Source of the DNA: Eutreptiella sp. 'Long Island Sound 2002'
Taxonomy: Eukaryota > Protista > Euglenida
DNA: 64,000 nt
Assembly (NCBI GenBank): GCA_964036045.1
Contig: OZ038378.1
Location: 141,298,001 to 141,362,000 of the forward strand
Direction: 5' to 3'
The position numbers were made by a program, and so were the translations under genes. Under the pieces are notes generated by a model. It was not told the DNA's origin, did not search any database, and saw only the letters and a program-made list of their open reading frames with translations. Below, piece after piece: positions 51,259-60,653 of this stretch (its first letter is position 1; every line of letters begins with the position of its first letter).

Positions 51259-53196
51259 CTGCAGGGGACGCACGGGGGCACCGCATGGAAGATGCACGTG
51301 GCAGCGCACATGGGGCCGTGTGTGGGGGATGAACAGGCAACAAGGGGCAGGCAGACAGGTGAGCGCTTTTGATGCCCCCCTTGAGTGTTTTGTGCATGTG
51401 TGAGGGGGGGGATACTCCCTTCCTGGACCAACCACCTCAGAGAGTGCGCGCATCTCATTCCATCGCACTCCCACGTGGAGCATCAACCGACATCACGACT
51501 TGCGCCGGCGGGGGGGGGGGGGGACGACTCCCCGGGTTTGGACGGCAATTACCCCCCCCCCCCCACCAAGCGTTGGCCGGAGGCCCGCCTGGGGGGGGGG
51601 TTGGGTTGGGTTGGGTTGGGTCAAGGCCTCGCCTGGTCGCCTACCCACGGTCCGCGCCGCCTTCCCTGCGGGACCCGACTGGGCGGCCGTACCCGGGTGT
51701 CCGGTCACAAGGCCTACCGGACTGTTGACCGCCCCCAGACCCCGCGGTGGCGCTCGCGGGCGGGAGATGCCGCCGTGCCTGTGTGTATGTGCCCTTGTGT
51801 GTCTGAGGGGGGGGGGGGGAGGGCTGTGGCACACCTGCTTGCTCCATTGTTGTTCGGCGTTGGCGCACATGGCGCGGGGAAGTGTGTGCCTGGTGCTCCA
51901 GGCCCCGGCAGGGAGGCTGGAGAGCCTGACGCTGAGCCCGCCGGGGGAGATGTGGGCCTGGGCTCGCAACCTCCACGTCACAAGGACATGCTACCCAACC
52001 ACTCCACGACTGCCTATTGGCACGGGAAGGCGGTGGTACGTGGCACGACTGGGGTCAGACCCGCACTCCTTGACTGCCTTAGGCACAGGTGGTGCTGCCT
52101 CGCGGGCTGGGTCCGGCTCCCACGGCCGAGGGCGTACCCTGGGCAGATGGAGGGGCACCAGGGCGCAGAGTGTGCTTCCCTGCCCTGGGTGCCACCAGTG
52201 CTGGCTGCACTGGCTGCGGCGCTACAGCCCGCGTAGACGAGGGGGCCCAGAGGGCACCACACCCGAATGGCCTCTCCGTTGAGGAAGGGGGGGGGGGGGG
52301 CAGGGGTCGGCTGGTGGCTGTCTGGCCTCCAGGGGTCACCCACAACTGCACTGGAATGCACGGGGCTGTGCTGGCCTAGGCGTCTGTGATGAAGTTGGAG
52401 GGGCACGTGCACACCTGGAGGTTCCCTAGGCAGGCCGCTCAAGGGATACCCACAGCGGTCAAGCTGTGAGCCCTTCACAACCTCCACTTCTTAGGCCCTG
52501 AGGGCGCCGACTCCGTGCACCCCTCCCGTCGGGGGCGCAGGCTGGGGGGGGGGGGGGGGTAGGGTGGTGGATGGGTCTACCTGTTCACTTGTGTGGGAGA
52601 GGAGGACCACCTGCTGGGTTACCATGCGGGTCCCAGATCCCAACATACTTGTCGCTCGGCGTCCGCTCCCTGAGGGACCTCGATCACCATGTGACGGCCT
52701 GCAGTGAGGGTGTGAGGGCATGCGGGGGGGGGGGGGGTGCTGGGCCTGCTTTCGGTCCGGCCCCATTTCTGTTGGGGGGGGTGGGGGCAGCAAAAGGTCT
52801 GCTCCCCTGTTTCCTGGTCCCCAAGAGGAACCAGCCCACGGCCTGCACCCTCGCTTTGTGGTGGCTGAAATTTGGGCCGACAGAGGCCTGGGGGGGGGGG
52901 GGGGGGGCTTGGGAGGGGGGGGTTCTGGGAGGGGATTTGAGGGGGGGGGGGGGGGTTCCGGGAGGGTCGGTTTGGGGGGGGGGGGGGGCTCTAGGTGGGG
53001 CGAATTGGGGGGCCACATGCCCCCAAGGCCAAGCATTGGTGAATCACAGGCCCCCCTTACGTCCCCTTGCCCGCCTTCTAACCACACCATCACCCAAAAC
53101 CAAACCCTGACCTTTGCAGCGAGCTGATTCGACCATGCCGGCCATGTTGATCGGGCTGAACAAGATCATGGCTGCTTTTTGCCACATCATTGCTCT

Positions 53197-53455
53197 CCAC
53201 TTTGGACCCCAACAATGACTCTGACCCTAGCCTACGGTTAGGGCTCGGGTTAGGGCGAGGGTTAGGGTTAGGGGTAGGGCTAGGGCTAGGGGTATGGTTA
53301 GGACTAGGATTAGGGTTGGGGTGGGTGTTAAGGTCAGGGTTGGGTAGTGTTGGGGTGCAAAGTGGACAAAAGCTTCCTTCGGGTGCCTTTGGTGCCTGTA
53401 GAGCGTCGAGCGCCCATGGAGACCTGAGGCCGACACTTTTGACAGCCAACTGTTG
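53197..53455 (+). repeat. Telomere-like-array element, copy 3
   Basis: ggttagggctcgggttagggcgagggttagggttaggggtagggctagggctagg..., then tgttggggtgcaaagtggacaaaagcttccttcgggtgcctttggtgcc...gccgacacttttgacag. Confidence 0.75.
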
Positions 53456-54527
53456 GGGTCCCCCCCCCCGGGACTTGTGAGGCAGCTGGGAGGAGGAGGA
53501 GAAGGAGGAGGGGAAGGGCCCCCATCCTCGTTGCAGCACCAAAGTCACCAGGTCCAGGTGCACAGCACGCATAGAGAGTGTGCAGAGCCTAGGCTTCTTT
53601 TTTTTCGGGGGGGGGGGGGGGCGTGGGGTTTCTGAAACTTGGGCTTGAGAGGCTCCTATCCTGCCTCCCTCCGGCGGCTTGTCCAACGATGACGTGTCGG
53701 CCCGGCCTCACATTGGGGCATTTGCATCCCCAACAACACGGTGCATGTGCAGCACTAGTGCTGCCTGAGCTTCCCGGCCCTGAGCTGGCCAAGGGGATTT
53801 GGGCTGTCGACTGCCGGGGGCGGGCTTTGGGCTTTGGGCTTACCTTCCCGAATCCGAAGAGGGCCTTAGGGGCCCACGGAGTGCCGCATTGGGGAAGCTC
53901 GGCTCCGGCGCACCACACTCACCCTTTGGCCATGCAGCCAGCGGGCGGGGCACACGCCTCCTCCTCTAGTATTGTTGCACGTGTATTGAGCGCAGGTAGG
54001 GGGGAGGGAGGTCCACCTGTGCGGGGCACCGTCGGGGCTCCCGCTCCCCTGGTTCTGTGAGTTGAAGCACCTGTAGATGTGCAGCGGGGGGCAGGAGGGG
54101 AGGTGTCACGAAGATGCAGTACTGGCAATACAGTACATTACTGCACTGGTAGGTAGGTAGGTAATACTAGCAGGCAAATACAGTTACGTGTAGTACGGCT
54201 ACCTATACTGCATTTCCTGTGTGTGGCTGTGCCTGGGGGTAGGGGCAGGGGCAGGGGCAGGGGCAGGGGCAGGGGGGGGAGGGAGGTCCACCTGTGCGGG
54301 GCACCGTCGGGGCTCCCGCTCCCCTGGTTCTGTGAGTGGAAGTACCTGCAGATGTGCAGCGGGGGGGGGGGGCGGGAGGGGAGGGGTCACGGAGATACAG
54401 TACTGGCAATACAATATACACTTTTGCACTGGTAGGTAGGTAGGTAATACTAGCAGGCAAAATACAGTTACGTGTAGTACAGCTACCCATACTGTGTTTC
54501 CTGTGTTGGGGGCACGAGGGGAGGGAA

Positions 54528-54589
54528 GGGATTCGAACCCGCGTCTGCCACTCAGCAGCTCATGGGGTTGACCGCTCGACCACTCGGTC
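54528..54589 (-). promoter_or_regulatory. tRNA-Leu/Ser-like Pol III A-box/B-box cassette, copy 1
   Basis: Minus strand: TGGTCGAGCGGTCAA (A-box, 54582-54568) ... GGGTTCGAATCCC (B-box, 54540-54528). TTTT follows downstream at 54462-54459. Confidence 0.65.
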
Positions 54590-54631
54590 GGCGGTGTAAT
54601 GGGGCGGGTTGGGGGGGGGAACGGGGGGAGT

Positions 54632-54868
54632 GCAGCCGTGGGATCGCCCACCGGCGCCGCAGGGGAAGAGAGGGGGAAGGAGTGCAGCCGTGGGATCGCC
54701 CACAGGCGCTGCTTGGGAAGGGGGGGGGGTGGATTGCAGCCGTGGGATCGCCCACAGGCGCCGTAGGAGAGGGAAGAAGGTGGAGCGCAGCCGTGGGATC
54801 GCCCACTGGCGCTCCCGGGGGAGGGTGGAGGGTAGGAGGGCAGCCGTGGGACGGCCCACTGGCGCTGC
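54632..54868. repeat. CRISPR-like array of 5 palindromic repeats (GCAGCCGTGGGATCGCCCACNGGCG), period 51-53 bp
   Basis: Repeat starts at 54632, 54684, 54736, 54787 and 54840, with distinct purine-rich spacers. Confidence 0.9.
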
Positions 54869-55487
54869 CAAGGAAGGGAGGTGTGAGAGGGGCAGGGGCT
54901 GGGGGGCAGGGGGCAGGGGGGAGGACCACCTGCGCGGGGCACCTTTAGGGTTCCCGCTCCTCTTGTCACATGAGGTGACGCACCTGCAGACGTGCAGCAG
55001 ACGGCGGGAGGGGAGAGGACACGGGGATACAGTACGGGCTATGCAACACACACCATTGTGCAGGTAGACAGGTAGGTAATACTAGCAGGCAAATAATAAA
55101 AAGTCAGTAGTCCGTAGCTTCAGGGGGGTGAGTGAGGGCTCCGCCAGATTGCTGGCTGCCTAGCCCGGGGTGAGTGAGGGCTCCGCCAGACTGCTAGCTG
55201 TCGAGCCTGGGGGTAGGGGCAGGGGCAGGGGCAGGGGGGAGGGAGGTCCACCTGTGCGGGGCACCGTCGGGGCTCCCGCTCCCTTGGTTCTGTGAGTGGA
55301 AGTACCTGCAGATGTGCAGCGGGGGGGGGGGGCGGGAGGGGAGGGGTCACGGAGATACAGTACTGGCAATACAATATACACCTTTGCACTGGTAGGTGGG
55401 TAGGTAATACTAGCAGGCAAAATACAGTTACGTGTAGTACAGCTACCCATACTGTGTTACCTGTGTTGGGGGCACGAGGGGAGGGAA

Positions 55488-55549
55488 GGGATTCGAACCC
55501 GCGACTGCCATTCAGCAGCCCATGGGGTTGACCGCTCGACCGCTCGGCC
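55488..55549 (-). promoter_or_regulatory. tRNA-like A/B-box cassette, copy 2
   Basis: Same as copy 1 at +960 bp. Confidence 0.65.
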
Positions 55550-55591
55550 GGCGGTGTAATGGGGCGGGTTGGGGGGGGGAACGGGGGGAGT

Positions 55592-55828
55592 GCAGCCGTG
55601 GGATCGCCCACCGGCGCCGCAGGGGAAGAGAGGGGGAAGGAGTGCAGCCGTGGGATCGCCCACAGGCGCTGCTTGGGAAGGGGGGGGGGTGGATTGCAGC
55701 CGTGGGATCGCCCACAGGCGCCGCAGGAGAGGGGGGAAGGTGGAGCGCAGCCGTGGGATCGCCCACTGGCGCTCCCGGGGGAGGGTGGAGGGTAGGAGGG
55801 CAGCCGTGGGACGGCCCACTGGCGCTGC
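55592..55828. repeat. Hairpin array copy 2 (5 repeats)
   Basis: Same spacer order as copy 1. Confidence 0.9.
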
Positions 55829-56171
55829 CAAGGAAGGGAGGTGTGTGAGGGGCAGGGGGCAGGGGGTAGGGGGCAGAGGGGAGGACCACCTGTGCGGGGC
55901 ACCTTTAGGGTTCCCGCTCCCCTTGACACATGAAGTGACGCACCTGCAGACGTGCAGCAGACGGCGGGAGGGGAGGGGACACGGCGATACAGAACTGGCT
56001 ATGCAATACACACCATTGTGCAGGTAGACAGGTAGGTAATACTAGCAGGCAAATAATAAAAAGTCAGTAGTCCCTTGGTTCAGGGGGGTGAGTGAGGGCC
56101 CCGCCAGATCGCTGGCTGCCTAGCCCGGGGTGAGTGAGGGCTCCGCCAGACTGCCAGCTGTCGAGCCTGGG

Positions 56172-57323
56172 TAAAGGTAAAGGTAAAGTGCTCGGGCGAT
56201 CTCCGAACTCCAGCGTATCAGTGATCCCTACCTGTCCCAAGGCGCAGCACCCTACAGCACACTACATTCATCAATATAGTTGCTACTCCGGAACCGTGAA
56301 TTCGCGGGACACATAGAGAGCCACTGTATTGCACAGTGCATAGAAGTCCCAGTGCGGAGCGTGCCCTCGCTCACACGAGCACACGACACAGGCGTTCTTG
56401 TACCTCGGTCATGCCTCAGCCGCCTGGCACCGCAAGACATCACAGTACAGCACTTGCAATGTGTACGGGCCACCCTGCCCCAGCGCCCGAGGCGGCACGC
56501 GCAGGGACAGATCCGTGACCCAGGGTAGTGTGGCACCAGGCACCACCGGAAGGCCCAGCCCTGCCCCAGAGAACAGCCTGTGACCAAAGATCAACACAGA
56601 GAGCAACGCAGTGAAAAGCTGGCTCGACATCTTATCCTGTCCCTGCCAATTGACCACTGGTACTGCTGTGTCGTGTGGTTCGTGTAGTGATGTCCTGCTT
56701 GGCTCGCCGAATGCCCGAGAAGGACACCGTAACGCCGGGACTGCTGTGATTGGTGTCTCGTGGCGTGAAGCACGTCCTGCTTGGCTCGCCGAATGCCCGA
56801 GAAGGACACCGTAACGCCGGGACTGCTGTGATTGGTGGCCTGTGGTGTGGAGCACGTCCAGCTTGGCTCGCCGAATGCCCTAGAAGGACACCGTAACGCC
56901 GGGACTGCTGTGACTGGTGACCCGTGGGATGAAGCAAGTCCAGCTTGGCTCGCCGAATGCCCGATGAGGGCACCGTAACGCCGGGACCGCTGTGAGAAAA
57001 CGCACAGTCAACACACACCCTGCCCTACCCCAACAACCACACCCTCAGGTCCCTAAACCTGCCACATGTCATTCTCCCCCCCCCCTTGTGTTTACCCACC
57101 CGCTGGCGGTGATCAGCCCTAACTGGCACGTGGAACGCCCTATGAGACGTCCTATCGCCTTCAGGCCCACCTGCTCGCAGGTTCTCGCGGTACCGGTATG
57201 TTCCAACGTTTGTACACCCCTTCCACCTGGGTACGCGTGGCTGTTACGCCCATGTCCCTTGGTTTGGCACGCCATTCTCAAAGGCGACAGGGCGCTGCCG
57301 AGCGGTGTTGGTCCCGCAGACAG
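56172..57323 (-). mobile_element. Non-autonomous retroposon insertion, 1152 bp, with 15-bp TSD and (ACCTTT)n tail
   Basis: GCTGTCGAGCCTGGG at 56157-56171 and 57324-57338; the empty site at about 55197 has one copy. taaaggtaaaggtaaag lies at the left end. Confidence 0.8.
56692..56998. repeat. 82-bp minisatellite, about 3.7 copies
   Basis: Starts at 56692, 56774, 56856 and 56938; conserved core cttggctcgccgaatgccc...caccgtaacgccgggac. Confidence 0.92.
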
Positions 57324-57611
57324 GCTGTCGAGCCTGGGGTAGGGGCAGGGGCAGGGGGGGGAGGGAGGTCCACCTGTGCGGGGCACCGTCGGGGCTCCCG
57401 CTCCCCTGGTTCTGTGAGTGGAAGTACCTGCAGATGTGCAGCGGGGGGGGGGGGGGCGGGAGGGGAGGGGTCAGGGAGATACAGTACTGGCAATACAATA
57501 TACACCTTTGCACTGGTAGGTGGGTAGGTAATACTAGCAGGCAAAATACAGTTACGTGTAGTACAGCTACCTATACTGTGTTACCTGTGTTGGGGGCACG
57601 AGGGGAGGGAA

Positions 57612-57673
57612 GGGATTCGAACCCGCGTCTGCCACTCAGCAGCTCATGGGGTTGACCGCTCGACCACTCGGTC
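57612..57673 (-). promoter_or_regulatory. tRNA-like A/B-box cassette, copy 3
   Basis: GGGATTCGAACCC at 57612-57624 with the same context. Confidence 0.65.
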
Positions 57674-57715
57674 GGCGGTGTAATGGGGCGGGTTGGGGGG
57701 GGGAACGGGGGGAGT

Positions 57716-57900
57716 GCAGCCGTGGGATCGCCCACCGGCGCCGCAGGGGAAGAGAGGGGGAAGGAGTGTAGCCGTGGGATCGCCCACAGGCGCCGTAGGA
57801 GAGGGAAGAAGGTGGAGCGCAGCCGTGGGATCGCCCACTAGCGCTCCCGGGGGAGGGTGGAGGGTAGGAGGGCAGCCGTGGGACGGCCCACTGGCGCTGC
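57716..57900. repeat. Hairpin array copy 3 (4 repeats; one repeat-spacer unit missing)
   Basis: The spacer 'tgcttgggaagggggggggtggatt' is absent; the other spacers keep their order. Confidence 0.88.
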
Positions 57901-58173
57901 CAAGGAAGGGAGGTGTGTGAGGGGCAGGGGCAGGGGGCAGGGGGGAGGGGGGAGGACCACCTGCGCGGGGCACCTTTAGGGTTCCCGCTCCCCTTGACAC
58001 ATGAAGTGACGCACCTGCAGACGTGCAGCAGACGGCGGGAGGGGAGGGGATATGGCGATACAGTACTGGCTATGCAATACACACCATTGTGCAGGTAAAC
58101 AGGTAGGTAATACTAGCAGGCAAATAATAAAAAGTCAGTAGTCCCTTGGTTCAGGGGGGTGAGTGAGGGCCCC

Positions 58174-58368
58174 GCCAGATCGCTGGCTGCCCAGGAGCCG
58201 CAGAGGGGAAGCATGCAGGACAGGCATGGAGGAAGGAGGGAGGGGACTGCTTCGTCGGATCGCCGACAGACAAGCAGGGAAGGGAGGACGGCACCGTCGG
58301 ATCGCCGACCGTCGTGCTCGTGAGGAGGGGAAGATCAAGGGAAGCGCCGCAGGATCGCCTGTGGTCGC
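58174..58368. repeat. Diverged ATCG-loop hairpin array
   Basis: GCCAG-ATCG-CTGGC (58174), GTCGG-ATCG-CCGAC (58254 and 58296), GCAGG-ATCG-CCTGT (58349), with purine-rich spacers. Confidence 0.8.
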
Positions 58369-58404
58369 GACCCGAGGAGGGAAAAGGCCATACCAGCCCT
58401 CACT

Positions 58405-58505
58405 TGCGTTTGTACACCCCTTCCCCTTAGGAACCCCTAAGGTTGACTCGCCATCTCAGAGGCGACAGGGCACTGCCGAGCGGGGCAAGTGTCCGCAGAC
58501 AGGAC
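58405..58505 (-). repeat. Shared 5'-head sequence of a SINE-like family (also at 57205-57323 minus and 22455-22562 plus)
   Basis: ggcag(t/c)gcc(c/t)tgtcg..tgag(a)atggc....ggaaggggtgtacaaacg is common to all three copies. Confidence 0.7.
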
Positions 58506-58759
58506 TGCCGGGGGCGGGGGGGGGGGGGGGTTCAGCAGCGGCCCCAACAAGTGGTTGGGGGTGGGGGGTCGGGAGCGCAATGGACCGGGGCGACCCATCA
58601 GTTGCTTTGAAATCCAGCGCTGCATAAAAATTTTTTAGGGTCAGAAATGCATCACAAACTGATGGGCCCCTCATCACGCCGATTCCAAAGAATGCCTTGT
58701 CTACTTGAGGTCCGGGTCCCCCCGGGGCCATCCAGAAGGCTCGGCTCCTCAGCAGATGT

Positions 58760-59740
58760 GGTCAATGGCGCCCCTTTGTTGGGGGTGGGGTCCGGCTCTG
58801 GGGCTCTATCGCCCCCCAGTAGTCGACGGTGCGGGAGCAAATACCTTCCGCACCTGAGGACAGTCTGATTTCAGGCGCGGGTTCAGGGCTGCCCCAGTGG
58901 ACCTGAGCTCGTGGCAAGTGGTGCCCACGCTCGCAACGAGCACGTCCCCGTCCGATGGGTGTCACCGTTGGCACGGCCGACGAAGGCTGGTTTCGCTGGA
59001 AGCCCAGGTACTGGAGAGGGATGCACTTCGGGCGCCAGGTAGAGTGGAGGGGCAGGTCACATTGCCATGGAAGCGGTGATACCGTGTCTGGGGGCAGACC
59101 TCCACTGGGACACAGCGGTCCATCACAACGCCTTTCTTCCATTACTATTGTTTTCTTTGAGGATGGGAGCCCCACCGCCATTGCTATTGTGATGGTCACA
59201 TGTGCATGTGTTTTGGGGGGGGGGGGGGGTATTAGTTCAGGGGCCCCACTTATGAGGACTTCACCGTTTTCAGGCCGGCATGGGTCGGTTGAAAAAGCGG
59301 GGTTTGGGTTGACCCGATAACCCCCGGGGACGCTTGGGCCAGGGTTGGGCGATCCTTTGGTGATAATGGAAGTACATACAAATCCATGGGAAGCCATGCA
59401 CATGGACCTCAAAGAGGCACAGCTAACTAATTGCTGCCAGCGGTTGACAGTGAGCACCGGCCCCCATTGGTGCTCCAGAATCCTGCCGAAACCTGTCGAC
59501 TGTCCTTTTTGAAACAACAAAAGAAGGAAGTATCTCATTGGTCAAGAAAAAAACAGCCTTTGGCCATTTCATTGTCCACAGTCCTGGACTGATGACGCCC
59601 CAACCACCTGTTGCGAGCGAATCATGAGGTGCCATCGTTCCACACATCCAACATCCCCTTCCACTAAACAAAATCCGCAGACCGGATGTGGCAAAAGGAA
59701 ACAAGAGCAGACAGGACAGGAAATCAACCATTCACCCAAA
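58760..59740 (-). pseudogene. Decayed non-LTR RT fragment
   Basis: ...SKKTIVM...IPLQYLGFQ (KYLG-like RT motif) in ORF 58762-59538, with an upstream interrupted frame at 59423-59731. Confidence 0.4.
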
Positions 59741-60531
59741 GTGATAGGCTTCTGTTCACACATTCATGAACCACCTTTTTCGCTTCTTGGGGGAATGTTT
59801 GCCCGGCGCGCACCCAGCGCGCTACTTTTCTATTGACTATCCTGACTTCAGCCCCAGATTTACCCTCTCATGGAGAAGCCCCCCAAGTAGACCATAGCGC
59901 AGTGCGCGCGTAGCGCAACTATTTGGATGTCTAGCCGTCCTAGAACCCCATGCTTTGTGATACTATGGGCGTTGTTGTTGTTTGAAAACGGGTATTTTGA
60001 TGCTTATTTCACATTTTCACAGACTCCATGCCCATCAGATCCATTGGCGGGATATGGAGTGCCGACCTGTGGAATCCTAAGTATGCGTCGCATGTTTATA
60101 AGGTGACTGTTGCCGTTGATATGTTGGCAATATTAAATTATATATTTGCCCCTTGGCCCCTGAGACATCGGCTGATGTTTTCATTTGGGATGGGCATGGA
60201 CCTTCTCGTACCCGAGGTGATTTCTTTGATTTGGAGTTGTTAAATTCACACCTATTGCCTTATTATGCAACGTGCTTTGTAGGGAAGGTGTGCAGTCCAA
60301 CATTTTGAGTGCACCCCCTAAAAGGTCACCGGTGGGGCACGGCTCAAAAAAGATGCCCGCTGCGTGCCCGGCGCGCTAACGCTCCCCCCTTGGCGTGGAT
60401 TTGTGTTGGGGCGGTACCGCTACCCGAGGGGCGCAATGTGTGAGCAGACCAGTCGCACCGCGCACACGCCACATCAAGTGCTACCCCTCTGTGCTAATGC
60501 CATGTTAAGAGAGATGGGAGTGTTCATGCAC

Positions 60532-60653
60532 CTCAGCTGAGCTCCGGCAACCAGTTCTGGGTCCACTTTGAACGTGCACTCTGCGCCCTCCACCCAAGTG
60601 ACATGGAAATGGTTGAGAATGAACGTGATGGCATTCCCAATCCATGCGACCAC
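60532..60653 (-). CDS. Internal exon of the same gene
   Basis: cgacag|GTG GTC GCA TGG...CAG CTG AG|GTGCAT; 122 nt (an alternative acceptor at 60665 adds VPRQ). Encodes VVAWIGNAITFILNHFHVTWVEGAECTFKVDPELVAGAQL. The phase-2 end joins the C of the next exon to give Ser. Confidence 0.55.

Larger units (their letters stand above)
53995..58190. repeat. Composite tandem unit (period exactly 960 bp between copies 1 and 2; third copy after an insertion)
   Basis: Lines 54481 and 55441 align base for base. Unit on +: (GGGGCA)n, ~235-bp A-repeat, tRNA-like cassette, hairpin array, diverged A-repeat, linker hairpins. An extra A-repeat lies at 53995-54230. Confidence 0.92.

Noticed and set aside
53231-53345. 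Real telomere or chromosome end
   Set aside because: The array is short, degenerate and internal, with the same flanks as two other dispersed copies.
54528-54589. Functional tRNA-Leu/Ser genes (also 55488, 57612, 42441, 3232)
   Set aside because: A and B boxes are present, but the 5' and 3' acceptor strands do not pair and there is no intact anticodon arm.
54632-54868. Iron-responsive elements (bulge plus 5-bp stem geometry, inside a putative iron-binding gene)
   Set aside because: The loop is ATCG/CGAT, not CAGUGH, and the array is intronic and transposon-associated.
56692-56998. HDV-like or hammerhead ribozyme in the 82-bp repeat (GCCGAATG, CCGATGAG motifs)
   Set aside because: By eye, P1/P2/P3/L3 could not be nested on either strand, and the hammerhead CTGATGA core is absent. 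A descriptor search would be needed to exclude it fully.
54632-57900. True CRISPR array
   Set aside because: No cas-like ORF in the window, eukaryotic intronic context, low-complexity purine spacers, and the same spacers repeated in each tandem copy. Reported instead as a hairpin array.
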